A model generated the notes under the pieces. It worked only from the letters and a program-made list of their open reading frames with translations. It was not told the DNA's origin and searched no databases. The position numbers were made by a program, and so were the translations under genes. Of a DNA stretch of 64,000 bases, positions 18,256 through 31,300 are shown one piece after another. Each line of letters starts with the position of its first letter. The first letter of the stretch is position 1. This DNA is from an uncultured virus (IMG/VR IMGVR_UViG_3300027969_000088) (Duplodnaviria > Heunggongvirae > Uroviricota > Caudoviricetes): the IMG/VR virus record IMGVR_UViG_3300027969_000088; one strand, 5' to 3'.

Positions 18256-18546
18256 TTATAGTTTTGTTAATCCTAATTCGTTTAATGCCCAGTCGATTAC
18301 ATAGTTATCATCTGAGGCCCACAAAGAATATTCTTCTGTGGTCATGATTAAATTGCCTTCAATTAAAGTTGGTCCAGGAATCTCTGTTTGAACTTCATCA
18401 AATGCATAAGGAACTGCTTTTCTTAGTTCCCAATAAAAAGAAGGAGCAGCTTCACTAGATTCTTTTAAATCAATTTGAAGACATCTAAGACTGAAATACT
18501 TAGCAATTCCTTTGGTAGGTATTTCTATAGGTTGAATCTTAATCAT
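18256..18546 (-). CDS. hypothetical tail-associated protein
   Basis: IEGNLIMTTEEYSLWASDDNYVIDWALNELGL. Confidence 0.7.
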   Translation of the reverse strand: MIKIQPIEIPTKGIAKYFSLRCLQIDLKESSEAAPSFYWELRKAVPYAFDEVQTEIPGPTLIEGNLIMTTEEYSLWASDDNYVIDWALNELGLTKL

Positions 18547-18565
18547 TTTACAAATATAACTAATT

Positions 18566-19717
18566 TTATATTAAATTTACCCATGCACCATTTTCATAAC
18601 CACGAAATTTATTTGTGGTTGTGTTATAATAAATCATTCCGTTTGTTCCTGATGGATCAGCTGTTAAATTACCTAGAGTTAACATATTTTGTATTCTAAC
18701 CCTACCATTTACATCCATTTTGAATGTACCATTTGTAGTAGTTCCAATTAATAGGTTACCATCATTCGTAATTCTCATTCTTTCTCCATAGGAATCAGCG
18801 TTCCTTGTACGAAAAGTCATATAGGAACTTCGGTTTGCAGCAGTAGCCCAAGTTGCACTTAATCCAAATACTCTTATATCGGCTGCGTCTACGGGACCAA
18901 TATTATCATCCCCTTGCCATCTTATACCACCAATTAAATCATTAGTGATTGCAAGACTATTTTTCATTTTGTACAATTCTATAAAAGCACCAAAAGTAGT
19001 TGAACTTGCAGTATTACAAGAAATTGTATGCTTTAGATCTCTAGCAACTGCAAAAAATGCCCCTTGTTCAATATTCTCATAAGTAGTTACTTGTTTATTG
19101 ACTATCATTGAATTACCAAATTCTACGGGTAATGTCCAACTAGAAGTATTAGTTCCTATGTTAAATTGCAACATTGTCTGTCCACTTCCCGACCCAAGAA
19201 GATTACTATCCCAATCACTTCTTGGATAACCCGTAATACTAAAGTATCCACTTTGGTCAAAAAACATTATACTACCCACAGTCCCCGAAAGGAATCCACT
19301 AAATTTAACATAACTTAATCCCATCAAAGGAGTTCCTGCGGCATACCCCGATGTAACTTTAAATTGAGCACCAGTTGTTGGTACTGCATAATACTCACGA
19401 ACTTCTATTGTATTGGTGGTGACGTTTCCTGCTGTAGTTACTTGATTTAAAGTAGGGACAATAGGAGTTTGATTTTGCCATTGAGAAGTAGTTGAATTAT
19501 ATGCTAAGACTTGAGCATTGGCAGGAGCACTTATGGTGACATCTGTTAATCCATTAAGATCTGAGGCCCCACCTAACGATAACGTATCTAACTCAACTAC
19601 AATCCTACGAAGTCTAGACTCTTGGTCTTTATATTCTTGGTTACGAGTTGTTGCGTATAACTTATTCAGATATATCGCTTGTTTAAGTAACTCTTGTTTA
19701 GTAACCTCTAAAGACAT
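18566..19717 (-). CDS. tail fibre / spike protein
   Basis: LNGLTDVTISAPANAQVLAYNS, PTLNQVTTAGN, ERMRITNDGNLLIGTT, GMIYYNTTTNKFRGYENGAW. Confidence 0.85.
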   Translation of the reverse strand: MSLEVTKQELLKQAIYLNKLYATTRNQEYKDQESRLRRIVVELDTLSLGGASDLNGLTDVTISAPANAQVLAYNSTTSQWQNQTPIVPTLNQVTTAGNVTTNTIEVREYYAVPTTGAQFKVTSGYAAGTPLMGLSYVKFSGFLSGTVGSIMFFDQSGYFSITGYPRSDWDSNLLGSGSGQTMLQFNIGTNTSSWTLPVEFGNSMIVNKQVTTYENIEQGAFFAVARDLKHTISCNTASSTTFGAFIELYKMKNSLAITNDLIGGIRWQGDDNIGPVDAADIRVFGLSATWATAANRSSYMTFRTRNADSYGERMRITNDGNLLIGTTTNGTFKMDVNGRVRIQNMLTLGNLTADPSGTNGMIYYNTTTNKFRGYENGAWVNLI

Positions 19718-20340
19718 TAATTAATCAAGTTAAAATTGATTATTTCTCCTTCTGAGAAGTGTTTAATTATTTCTTTCCAATGTACATCTGGAACAACTTG
19801 GCATCCAGCACTCCACTTATCGATTAGGCCTCCGAGACCTCCTCTATGTAAGTTGATTCCAAATAAGCCAAATTGCTTTGGTGCTCTTCTGTCTAAGGTA
19901 GCATCCTTATTTCCATCTCTGAAAATATCAATAGGTCTTACTTGTTGGAAGTAAGGCATCTTTAACCATAATGTACTCCAGTCTTGTTTGTATATGTATT
20001 TATGAGACCCAATCACTTGCTGTTCTACAGCGATGGCCGTCCCGGTAATTCCACCATAACTGATTGGATTCTGAACGTAGTACTTACCTGCTGTTGTAGA
20101 ACAAGGAGCAACCTTTACAATTTCTCCACCTACAATCAAAACTACAAAGTCATCATAACTATTTGTAAGTTTTTCATCTGTACGTATGTATACCAAACCT
20201 TTGCTAACATGAACATATTTCTTGTTCAAGAATATTGTAGAGATATACTCTTTTAAAATGGCTAGTGTATTTTTTCCGATAACACCATCCACTTCTAAAT
20301 TATAGCCTTTAGACTTTAAAAATATTTGTAATCCTTTCAT
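19717..20340 (-). CDS. endolysin candidate (PG-binding domain + YkuD-like His/Cys domain)
   Basis: LQIFLKSKGYNLEVDGVIGKNT; GINLHRG...WSAGCQV. Confidence 0.75.
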   Translation of the reverse strand: MKGLQIFLKSKGYNLEVDGVIGKNTLAILKEYISTIFLNKKYVHVSKGLVYIRTDEKLTNSYDDFVVLIVGGEIVKVAPCSTTAGKYYVQNPISYGGITGTAIAVEQQVIGSHKYIYKQDWSTLWLKMPYFQQVRPIDIFRDGNKDATLDRRAPKQFGLFGINLHRGGLGGLIDKWSAGCQVVPDVHWKEIIKHFSEGEIINFNLIN

Positions 20341-21332
20341 TATAATGCTTGTCCGCTAAGTACGTAAGTATTTGTATTTATACAAGTAACTGTAATAACT
20401 CTGCCTCTCAAATTAGTAGGGTTATATGTTCCGCTTGGTGAAACTGTAATAGTTGTTCCTACAGCATTGATATAGTAAGCACTTGCCGAAACACCACAAG
20501 TAAAACTAATTGCTTGAACGGTATTGGTGATGATTGTAAATGATGCACCGGTAGTTACAGCAGGGCTATCTTGTAAGTTAAAATTAACAATACCAGAACC
20601 ATGGCCAACTACATAAATAGAATCTCTGTTTAAATCTGCCAAAGGATACGCACCGGCAGAAGCAACCGCAACAATTGATTTAGTTTTTAATGCTACGTTT
20701 GCAGACAACTGAGCATCAGGAAGTGTACCACTATTAATTGCACTTGCGTTTAAGTTAGTTACTAAAGATCCGTTAGATGCTGGTAAACGACTAGTTCCAT
20801 CTAATTGAACTAGTTGACTTGCACCATTAAAAGTATTACCTTGCACTGTTACTTGAGCACTCAAACGAGCATCTGCCAAAGTACCTCCGCTTATATTACT
20901 AGCATTTAAAGTTGTAAGTAAGTTACCGCTCAACGCAGGTAAACGTCCAATTGAATCTAATTGAACTAGTTTGTTTGCTATGTTAAATGTATTACCTTGA
21001 ACTGTTACATTTGCAGATAACTGAGCATCAGGAAGTGTACCACTATTAATTGCACTTGCGTTTAAGTTAGTCAATAGAACACCACTTACTGCTGGTAATT
21101 GAGTAGAAGCATTTAACTGAACTAATTGACTAGCTCCGTTAAAAGTATTACCTTGAGTTGTAAAATTACCAGTAGCAATAATTGCTGTGGTCAAATCTGT
21201 TATTGTAGTTCGTTTAGTTTCACCAGCCGCAGTAGATGAAATATCTACAATAAGCAAAAGGTCACCCGAAGCAATAGATCCACCCGATAAAAGGGTTAAT
21301 TCACTTATTGCACTATCTTTAAAATCGCTCAT
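20340..21332 (-). CDS. tail fibre protein with internal repeats
   Basis: ISELT...DLLLIVD N-terminal anchor; three QGNTFN...LNASxIxxGTL repeats. Confidence 0.8.
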   Translation of the reverse strand: MSDFKDSAISELTLLSGGSIASGDLLLIVDISSTAAGETKRTTITDLTTAIIATGNFTTQGNTFNGASQLVQLNASTQLPAVSGVLLTNLNASAINSGTLPDAQLSANVTVQGNTFNIANKLVQLDSIGRLPALSGNLLTTLNASNISGGTLADARLSAQVTVQGNTFNGASQLVQLDGTSRLPASNGSLVTNLNASAINSGTLPDAQLSANVALKTKSIVAVASAGAYPLADLNRDSIYVVGHGSGIVNFNLQDSPAVTTGASFTIITNTVQAISFTCGVSASAYYINAVGTTITVSPSGTYNPTNLRGRVITVTCINTNTYVLSGQAL

Positions 21333-21334
21333 TT

Positions 21335-21751
21335 TTATAATATTATTTTATATCCGTTTTGTAATAATAACCAAGAACCATTCTGTTTAAGAAGGTATCC
21401 TCCAAGTTTAGATTTTTTCATTAGCAATCTACCTAATTCTGTGTCCATAAATGTTTCAATTTCTGCTGGTGTCACAGAACAATTACCGCATTTTTTTGCA
21501 AATCTTTTTGCTACAGATAACATTTTATCCATATTATCATTGTAACAACTGATACTCTCTAGGCAAAACAATATAAACAAACCTTTCTTCTGCTGTGTTT
21601 CCATAGCACAACAAGGAGTATCATATTTCTTAGCAGTATTGATTTTATTCTCCGTAGCAACGATTGCCTTACGGACTGCTAAGTAAGTACCTAAATAATC
21701 ATATAGATTGATGTAAACCATTAGCAACCACAACTTGAACCAATAGACCAA
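21335..21751 (-). CDS. tail hub-like structural protein
   Basis: Cys-rich; ends YLLKQNGSWLLLQNGYKIIL; position beside the fibre gene. Confidence 0.6.
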   Translation of the reverse strand: MVYWFKLWLLMVYINLYDYLGTYLAVRKAIVATENKINTAKKYDTPCCAMETQQKKGLFILFCLESISCYNDNMDKMLSVAKRFAKKCGNCSVTPAEIETFMDTELGRLLMKKSKLGGYLLKQNGSWLLLQNGYKIIL

Positions 21752-22296
21752 CTATTACAATCAGAATCTGATAGCATCAAAGTTATTTCATCAAATAAAT
21801 CTTGTGCAAGTGTATAGTCTGCACATTCAAATGCTTGAACCATTCGATCATACATAAATTTAACCTCTGCATAATTATTGGTTTCCATATCGCTCAATGC
21901 CAATTTACCAATAGAACAAACTAAATCGTTCACTCTTAAAGAGTATTCAGTCAAGGCTGGAATTCCACTTCCAACAAAGTTTATTACGTATTTCCAAATA
22001 CCGTCTTGTAAAGTAAAGGTCGGTACTACCGAAGTAACATCATTAAGCAAGTCATATGCCCTATCTACACTTGTAAAAAAAGTAGTAGTAATTAAATTAG
22101 AAGTTCCTATACTTACAGCAGAAGAAGGAAGATATATGTCTAAGTTTATTGCTGTTATTGGGCCTGAAGTATGTGCGACATTAGGAGGATTACCCCATCC
22201 ACCAGGATTAGAGACAGCATTGTAATCACCAGTATTGTCGGTGATTACAATTTTATCATCGTAATTTATAATTCCAATTTTGATTGCTAGTGCCAT
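21721..22296 (-). CDS. tail hub-like structural protein
   Basis: DNTGDYNAVSNPGGWG...C-terminal CGC, as seen in crAss-like tail proteins. Confidence 0.65.
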   Translation of the reverse strand: MALAIKIGIINYDDKIVITDNTGDYNAVSNPGGWGNPPNVAHTSGPITAINLDIYLPSSAVSIGTSNLITTTFFTSVDRAYDLLNDVTSVVPTFTLQDGIWKYVINFVGSGIPALTEYSLRVNDLVCSIGKLALSDMETNNYAEVKFMYDRMVQAFECADYTLAQDLFDEITLMLSDSDCNSWSIGSSCGC

Positions 22297-22318
22297 AACT
22301 CAAAGATACAAAAATTAT

Positions 22319-25300
22319 CTAAGGAATCAAACCGTTTTCATCTGCTATACCAACCCTCTTTAATTTCACCATCATATCCGGAGTAATCAAACCTCTTTCC
22401 TTCATAATTATCAAGTATTTCTTTTGTCTTTGGGTATAATACTCTTTCATATAACTATCGTTAGCGGCTTTCTGTGTTTTTTGGAATTGCTCAAATAAAG
22501 TAATAATTTTATTTTTTGCTCCTTCTACATCTCCATCTTCGATATTAGTTTTTATCTTAGCTTTGATGTCTATAATTTCATCACCATAAGACCTAAGAGA
22601 TGTACGCATAAACTCTCCTCTCAATCTCAATTCTTGTCTGTATAAATCGTTAGGTAAACTATATCCAATAAACTTAGGTACATTTTCTGAATCATAACCA
22701 TCGATAGTAGTTTTTTCTAACATCTGAAAATCATTTTTTAAAGGATTAGCAATAATTTGATCTATAGGTCTTGTTTTTTTGTTCCATTGCCATTCATAAT
22801 TTTTACCAGACATTTGTTCGTACATTAGAGCAAAATCTATTAAGCCACTATATAATTTTGAAGACTCAAGATAGATTTGTTTTTCTTTGTTTCTTAATAA
22901 AACTGGTGTAGTATGGTCATGTATCGCAAAAGGATCAAATATTGCTTGTAAATAAGCAACAGCAGAATAATCTCCATCTGGATCGGCAATTGTAACTCTT
23001 GTGCTTAAATCTTCTCCAAATGGTCCTATTGCTTCTTTGAAAAATTCATTTCTTGTGCTTTCATTAAAAGAAATATTTCTATTTAATTTTTGTACTGTTT
23101 TTGTAATTGTTCTTCCAAATACAGCTGGCCAAGTATCGCCTTCTCTTTCCGAGAAAATCTCATTTGAGTTTTGTACCATTTGGGCATTTCCTTTATACAT
23201 GAAAGAATAAAAAGATGGGAAGAAAACAGCCATTGATGTAGACAAGGTTCCTGATGCAAAATTTTCCCATGCTCCTTTACTTGCTTCTGGGTCTTTAAAA
23301 TCAGAAAGTAATTGACCAATACGTGCTAAACCTTGGAACATCGGTAATGTCTCAATACCATTACTAAGTGTATTTTGAAACATAAAACCTATTCCATTTT
23401 TTGCATCATCTACTAATTCAGTCATAGAATCTTGATATGCTTTGCGATTAGCGTTATGAGTACTACCATATAAATTCATAGCATATCCAACAAAACCAGC
23501 ATTATTTGTGTTTAAGATAACATCACCAGGCAATGCAAAACCACCTCTTCTTGCTATAAAATAATCTGTTCCTCTTGTTTTATAGTCACCACCAAAGAAA
23601 TTTAAACCAGTTTTGGCAGCATTTTTTGCTTGTTCTGCTAAATATTCATAGTGCAAAGTAGCGTTATAAATACCTCCACGCAAATTAATATTTTTTAGAT
23701 TTTTTTCTTTTTCTGGTTCTTGACCACTAGCCATAACAGCTCCACATTTAACTGCTGACATAGCAAAACCATAGATTGCAAAACTCGTTGCCATTTGAGC
23801 AGCATCGTGTGTTGTTTGTCTTTTTGCAGCAAACAATTCAATTTTATCTTTTTCGTATTGTAATCTTTTTCTTTCGCTGTTTAATTTTGGAATACCTTTT
23901 CCCCATTTATCACTAGAGTGAAACTGAAAATATTTATACTGATAATACCCTTCAGAAAAAATGTATTTGGCTGAAGCAATATGAGGCACAGTTTTAGCAA
24001 TTGCACTACCTAAAAAGTTCACGGGAACTTTTGTAAATGGCATAAGAGTCCAAAGACCAGCATCTAAGATTTGTAATAAATTTTTACTTATTCCTAAAGC
24101 TGTAAATTGTCTTTTGGCTTCAGAAAAAATACCTGTTCCAGAAGTATTTGCACGATTTGCAATATATGCATTTTTAATTCCTTTTCTAAGAGAACCACGA
24201 ATTGTTGATATACCTCCAGATATTAAATTATCTGCTAATAATGTACGTTTTAATCCTTCTTTTTCAAATGTTTCGTACAATTCTGGCATATTATAAAGAA
24301 TAGTACTTAAAGAACGAATTGCATTTTTATCCAAATTTCCTTTTGCATCTTTAATCATATTATCAAATACACCACCTTGGTAATTTGTACCTTCGATGTT
24401 TTGAAAATAATCAATCATTGCACGTTGAGCTGCCATTTGACCAAATGCTATATCACCTCCGTATGCCATAACACGACCTACAAATTCAGAAGTAGCAGGA
24501 CCAGCAGATGCTAATAACATTGATGCATTTCCACCTACTACAGCAGAAACAGGACCTAATCCAAAACTCCAAGCCAAACTACGAGCTAAAGTATAGTCTT
24601 TACCATCTCTTAATTCAATTGTGCCATCTTTTAATTTGGTGAGTGTTAAGTCTAAAGCATCTGCCTGTTCTTCCATAGTCATTTCAGATAATGATTTACC
24701 AGTAGTTTTTCTTATCATAACATTCATAAAGTTAAATGCCCACGCAGGATCTTTAAAGAAGTTTACTTGAGCAAGATTATCATAATAACGATTTAAACCT
24801 TTTGATGTATTTAAAGCACCATATTTAAAGTTATTCTGTTGAGTATAATGAATTCTATCTGATGTCAATTGTCTAGCCATTTTCCAATTTGAAAAACTTA
24901 AAGTATTACCTTTAATTCCTCTTCCTACTGAATCACGTAATTTTTGTATTCCTCTTGCTGCATAGTTAGTAGTCCAAAGATTGTTTTCTACGTTTGCAAC
25001 TAAACTTAATACAGTAGTTGAAATTCCTAATAATGCTCTACTACCACCAGATGTTATTCTTTCATTCCAGAATATTGGTTTTCTAGCATCTAAGAATTGT
25101 GCTAAACGAATAGTGGCATCTCCTATTGCTTTTTCTGAGGCCCAATAAGTATCAAATGCATTATCACTCCAATCGGTATGTAATTCTTCTAAAGCCTTCT
25201 TATTTCTCTGTTGTGATGTTTTATAATCGTTTGCAAGAGAATTTAAAGTTTCTTTTTGTTTTTCTGTAAGAACTACTCCATTATTTTCTATAGCTCTTTC

Positions 25301-28300
25301 TAAAACGCTTAGAATATTCTTTTCGCTAAATGAACGAGCCATTTGTAAAATTCTACCTGCTTGGCTAAATAATTGAGATGAAACTTGGAATGCATATACT
25401 ATAGATTCCGGATTGTATAAATTATCTCCAACTTTACCGGAACGAACTTGATCCGCCCAATCTAAAGTTTTATCTACTAAATTTCTATCTTGTGAAAACT
25501 TTTTAACAGCGTTGGTTAATTCAATAGCAATTTGGTCAAAGCCATTTGTTGCTAGATAATCAAGGAACAAATCCATAGTGACAGCACTATCAACTAAACC
25601 TATTCCAGTTTGACGTAATACATTAGAAACATCAGCAGCCGTTTGTTCAACTTTTAAATTTTTAACATCTTGTTCCAAATCTTCCATAAAGTCAGTTGGA
25701 AATTCTTTGTTTGCATCTAAAGCATTTTTAACAGTCTCACGATATTCTGCACCGAAGATATCAATTAACTCTGCGTTGCTCATATAATCCATATCCGTAA
25801 CTGCTTTGAAAATTTCCAATGGAGAAAAATTAACCATTACTCCATTGTGTTCCATACCATCTGCAATTAAATCTTCATAAATTAAACCAAGTTGACCTAA
25901 ATTATTGGTGATTTGTTGTTTAATATATTTTTGACGATCAAAGAATACATCGTGAACCTTAGTCATCGTCTCCATAGCAATTTTGGCTTGTGCTTGTTTA
26001 AACGAATTTTCATCAAAATTGGCAAGACCTATTTGTTCTTTGATGTGCTTAGGAGTATAACCTTTATTAATAAGGGCCATATAACTCGAAATCTTATTGT
26101 TATTACTTTGCATCATCGCCCTGTGATATTCAGAACCGATGTTACTATAGTTCAATTGACCTTTATTTTTATAGCCGTCAATAATCGGTTTTAAATGTTT
26201 AGCAAAAAATGAATCAGGATCATTTATATCTTTGATTGTGATATAAGGATCAAATATTTTTGTTTCTCCATCGGCATCTTCGGCAGCATTTTTTTCATGT
26301 ATATCATCTACAATAAGACCTTTTTGAGTAATGGTAACATGATGAGCACCATTTTTACTAAATACTTTTGCTTCAAAACCACTTTGTTTAGTAATTTCTT
26401 TTGCAAGTTCTTGCATATCTGATAAAGAAAAACTACTATATTCTCTAAAAGAAATTGATAAAGCTGGTTGTTTTGTAACAAAAGAAAGTTGATTTTTACC
26501 ATTTAAATCTGACCTTGAAAAACCAACAATTTCATAAGCAGTATTGCTAAACATTAAATTATGCGCTGCAAATCTGTAGAAATCATAGTCAAAACCTCTT
26601 TTATAAAGGTTTGCTATTGTGTTTTTAAATACATATTTACAACCTTCACCTAGCCATACTTTCGATTCCATACCTTGTTTTATTTCATATTCAGGAGCAG
26701 GGAATAGATTTTCTACGTTGTTTATCCATATGCCATTTTTCTTGGCCCAATCTTCTAAGTGGTTTTCTTGTTCTCTGATTGTTTGTTCAGAAGCTCTGGT
26801 GCCCGTGTTAAACTCTTTCGAAAATCTTCCAAGCTCATTAAAGGCCTCTTTTCCCACATTTCCAATGCTGTACTTGTTTGCTTGGGGGCTAAGTTGTTGC
26901 TCTGCGAGAGTTCCGAGTTGTCGTTCGTTTCCGTTTTCATCTATTAATAATGTATTTTTAAGTTGTCCTTTGTTAATTATAGTTGTTGTACTGACAGGTT
27001 TAGTAATAGTAACACCTATCGCACCAAATGTATTGTTTTTTTCTACTACAGCAGATGGTCCTAATCTATCTTGAATGTATTCAAGTAATTCATTACCGTC
27101 AAATCCTTTTTGATATGCTCCAGTACTTTCAATCTTGTAACTTTTGCTTTCTAATCCCGGCTTTCCTCCTTTAGTTGGTTGAATATCTCCAGCCCATTTA
27201 CGAGTACTTATTACTGCTTTACCGCCTTCGTTCAATTTATCGTAAATATCTTGAACGATAGCATCACGTACATCTTTCGGTACGACATTTAATACGTTCA
27301 ATGATACAACAGCATCATATTTTTTATTTATTTGATCTGAGGCCGTAAAAGTAGGTTTTTCTTTACCTTGCCATCTTTCTGTGTTTGGTTCATAAGAATC
27401 TATTGTTCTACCTAATTTACTACCTAACACATCTACTCCAAGACCTAACCCTGCTCCGTAATCTAAAACATCACCTTTTACATCAGCAATTATATTAGCA
27501 ACTTTATTGTAAGATGCTACGGTATTAGCACGTTGAGTTGTACCACTACTTTTTTCAGCTGCTATTTGACCTTTATTAATTGTGTTATCAATCCTAGGTT
27601 TTTTATTCAATAAATCATTTAAAGTAACAGAAGAACCAAAATTATCTCTAAGTTTATTAGTTTTTAATTCTTTAGTTACTTTGTCTTCAGAATCAAATAA
27701 ACTATCTTTATTAAAAATAAGAAAGTTGTCTACTCCTATTTTATTTTCTTGCAAGATATCTTCATCTTTAAAAGCAATACCTGTATATCCTTGAGATTTA
27801 AGTTTTTCTATTAAAGCCTCAACATCTTTTTCATTAATAGAAGTTTCGAATCGTGGGTCTAAAAGTTCATGTATACCTAATTCATCTGTAGTCCAACCTT
27901 CTTCTCTTGGCTTAAGTCCTAAATCGTTAATAGTTTTTCTAACTAAATCTTCAGAAGCCATTTCAATCGGATTTATAAAAAACTTGCTAACTTTTCCATA
28001 ATTCATATTAGCAAATTCTTTCGCTTGTCTTCTATCGCTAGCTACATATAAATTATTTCCTTCGTTATCAAAATTGCCTCCGTGGTATACTGGTATAGTT
28101 TCATTTAGATTAAAATCATTTTGTGCTTTATTAGTAATTTTACCTTTTGCTTTAGTTTCTTTAGAGCCTTTGTTTGTTTTTTCTGTTTGACGATTTGTTT
28201 TCAATTTACCTGTAACTTGTCCACTAGCTAAAGTGTCAGATAAATCATTCATATACTCAATGAAATCCTTACGATTATTTATACTATTGAAAATTTGAAC

Positions 28301-31300
28301 TCTACCTTTAGAAACATACGCCACAAAATCAGAAATGGCTTTAGCAATTTTATCTATGGTAGACAAATCTAATTTCTTTCCGTCTCTAGACATAAGAGCT
28401 GCCAATTCTACTAAAAACTCTTCACCTTTTTGATTATCTCTATATTCCTCAACTAAACTATTTAAGTTTGCTAAATTCTTTTCGCCTACTTGAGATGCAA
28501 GTACATTTTGTAAACTTTCTTTCATTCTATTAAATAATTCTGGATTTTGTCCTAAACTATTTAATAGAAGTACGTGTGAAACTTCGTGACCAATAGTTGT
28601 AGAATTTGCAGTATCCATATTAATTTGAATTTGTGCTTGAAACTTGCCCGTTTTCTCATTAAATGATATAGTTATGTTTCCATTTCTATTTTTCTTTGTA
28701 TCCAAACTAGTCATCGTTTCATTAAAATCATTAGTATTTAATAAAACAATGTTAACACCCGGAGTTGCTTCGTCTAGTACTCCTTGTAATCTTTTAGCAT
28801 CATCTAATATTACATCTGCATTTTGTTGTCCAGCAGCCCTTGCATTATCAGCAATTAAATTTAATTTTTCTTCATCTTTAACTATCGCACCTGTTTTACT
28901 TGCCTTTGTACTTAATCCTGTTACAATCTGAGGCCCAGAAACAACCTTAGTATCGTTCTCTGTCATTTGTTTTTTGAATTCCTCAAGACCTTTAGTTATT
29001 TCTTGGTTTTGAGTTTCAACTTTAATTTTACCATCTAGTAAATCATTTGCAAATTTTTCATCATTCAATGAAGCAATTAAATCAGTATCATCTACAATGA
29101 TGGATTGTTTATTATCAAAAGTAATTTTGGTATAATTTAAATTCTTTCCGTTTGGAATATCTGACATTTTTTTATCCAAACTTTTAATTTGAGAATCGAT
29201 AGCATTTTTTAAATTCTCATCGGTTTGAGCATCAGATGCTTTTTGTAATTTAGCCTTTTTTGAAGCCAATGCCAAGTAATACTTTTGATGATCTGGATTT
29301 TCTATTATTTCTTTAGCAGCAGGAAAAGTTTTAATTACTTCATCAAATGCTTTTCTCATATCCGCTAATTCATTAGCATCAATTTGACCTGTGCGATATA
29401 GCATTTCTGGAATAAAACCAACTCCTTTTTCTCCTATAATTTGCATAGCATCACTAACCATTTGACTTAGTCCGCTATCTTTTAATTTATTAAGTACACG
29501 ATTCTTTGCTATCTCTACTTGCTTTTCTCTATATGTTTCCATCATTGCACTACCACCACCTAAAACCATTACAGTTGGGGTAATGTTAATCATAGTAGAC
29601 ATACCATTTTTACTAGTCCAATCCCAAAAACCATCTGGGTTTTCAGTAGTATATTTATACTCTAAGTAACTTTGTGGTAATTCTTGAGCTCCTTCTGTTA
29701 ATAATTCAAAAGTCGTACCTGCACCAAACTTTTTAGCTATCCCTCCTATTCCTACTCCTTTTCCTAATTTACCAAGGAAACCTTTTGTAAAAGGTAACAT
29801 TTCTGCTACATATGTAGGAGCAAGTAATAATTGAACTCTTAAGCTTTCAGCAGCAGCGTTTTCAGCATCTGCAACAGATCCTGTTCTTTTAAAAGCATTT
29901 TTATAATTCTGACCAGTTTGATCCCAAGTATCTTGAGCAAAACCTATTGAACCACCTACATATGCACTACCACCTAAAAGTGTTGCAGCCATTGCTGGTG
30001 CATAATTAACAGTTTGCATAGCAAGATTTTGTACAACATTTTTTAACGCTGCTGTACTTAATAATCCTTCTACTTCTAAAACTTTATCAAATGGTGAAAT
30101 ATGAACTTCGCTCTTTTTTTGTACTAATTGTAAATGTTTTAATAAACCAGTTAGTGGATTATTTTCATATCCTACAGCAGCACTAATAGATTGTATTGCA
30201 TTTTCAAAATTATCAGCAGCTCTTCCTTGAATAATATCTACTATTCTCCACCCTAGGTTTGAACTATTGCGTTCTTCATCTATTGCAAAGTCATCGTATG
30301 CATCACGATAAGCATCTCTATATTTACGATACGCTGCTGTTGTTACTCTTGCTCCTTCTTCGTTTGCGTCATGAGCAACACCATATTTTTTTTGTAGTTT
30401 TTCAAAGTCTTTTTCAGATTGACCATCAAGTTGAATTTGATATTGAGTATATTTTTCTTCTGCTGCCTTTTTTAAATCGTTTTTAAGTTTTTCGTTTTTG
30501 TCGTTTTCTTCTTTTACAAAATTTACATACTTTGCATATTCAGCTGCATTTTGTTCTGGCGTTATATTAGGAGTTTGAGAAAATGACAAATATGTTTGAT
30601 AAGAAAGATTAACACTTTGTTTAGATGCCTCAGCAGCTTTTTTCATTGTTTGTTCAAAGTCATTTGCTAAACTTAAACTATATGAATTTAAAACTTTATT
30701 TTTATCAAACACTAATTGCTTTATGTCTTTTTCAAAATCTAAATTTGCCCTTGATATATCTTCAGCAAAAATATTTTTATCATTTACTTTTTTCTCAACT
30801 ATATTTTCAATTAAATTTTCTTCTGCTCTTTGTGACAATAAACGAATCATACGAGGTTTAATAATAGCTATAACATCTTCTTTGCTCATATCTAAGCGTT
30901 TCAATGTTTCATCTTTAATAAAGCCCATAGGAGCATTTAAATATTTATCTACTTGGTCTTCTATATAAATAGGATTGATTTTTGGATTGTTAGCATCATC
31001 TAGCATTACTAATCCATAATCTCCAGCTAATTGTCTGTTTGGATTTAATCCTTTAGAACTTGTTTTAGTTATTTTTCCAACATTATTAATACTTTCTGTT
31101 GTAATTGTTGTAAGTGCTGGATTATCATAGAAATTAACTGGCAAATTAAAATTAGAACTTTTTAAAATTTTATTAATCTCTGGAGTGATTATTTGGTCAA
31201 ATTGATTTCCTGCAATATTTAAATCTCCTTCGACATCAAATCTTCTATCAGAAGAAGTAGCAATACTTAAATCTTGGTACGCTGAATAATTTCTTACGTA

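Noticed and set aside
20698..21072. Near-identical ~60-nt direct repeat as a DGR template/variable repeat pair
   Set aside because: Both copies are in-frame repeats within one fibre gene, not at its C-terminus, and no reverse transcriptase is present in the window
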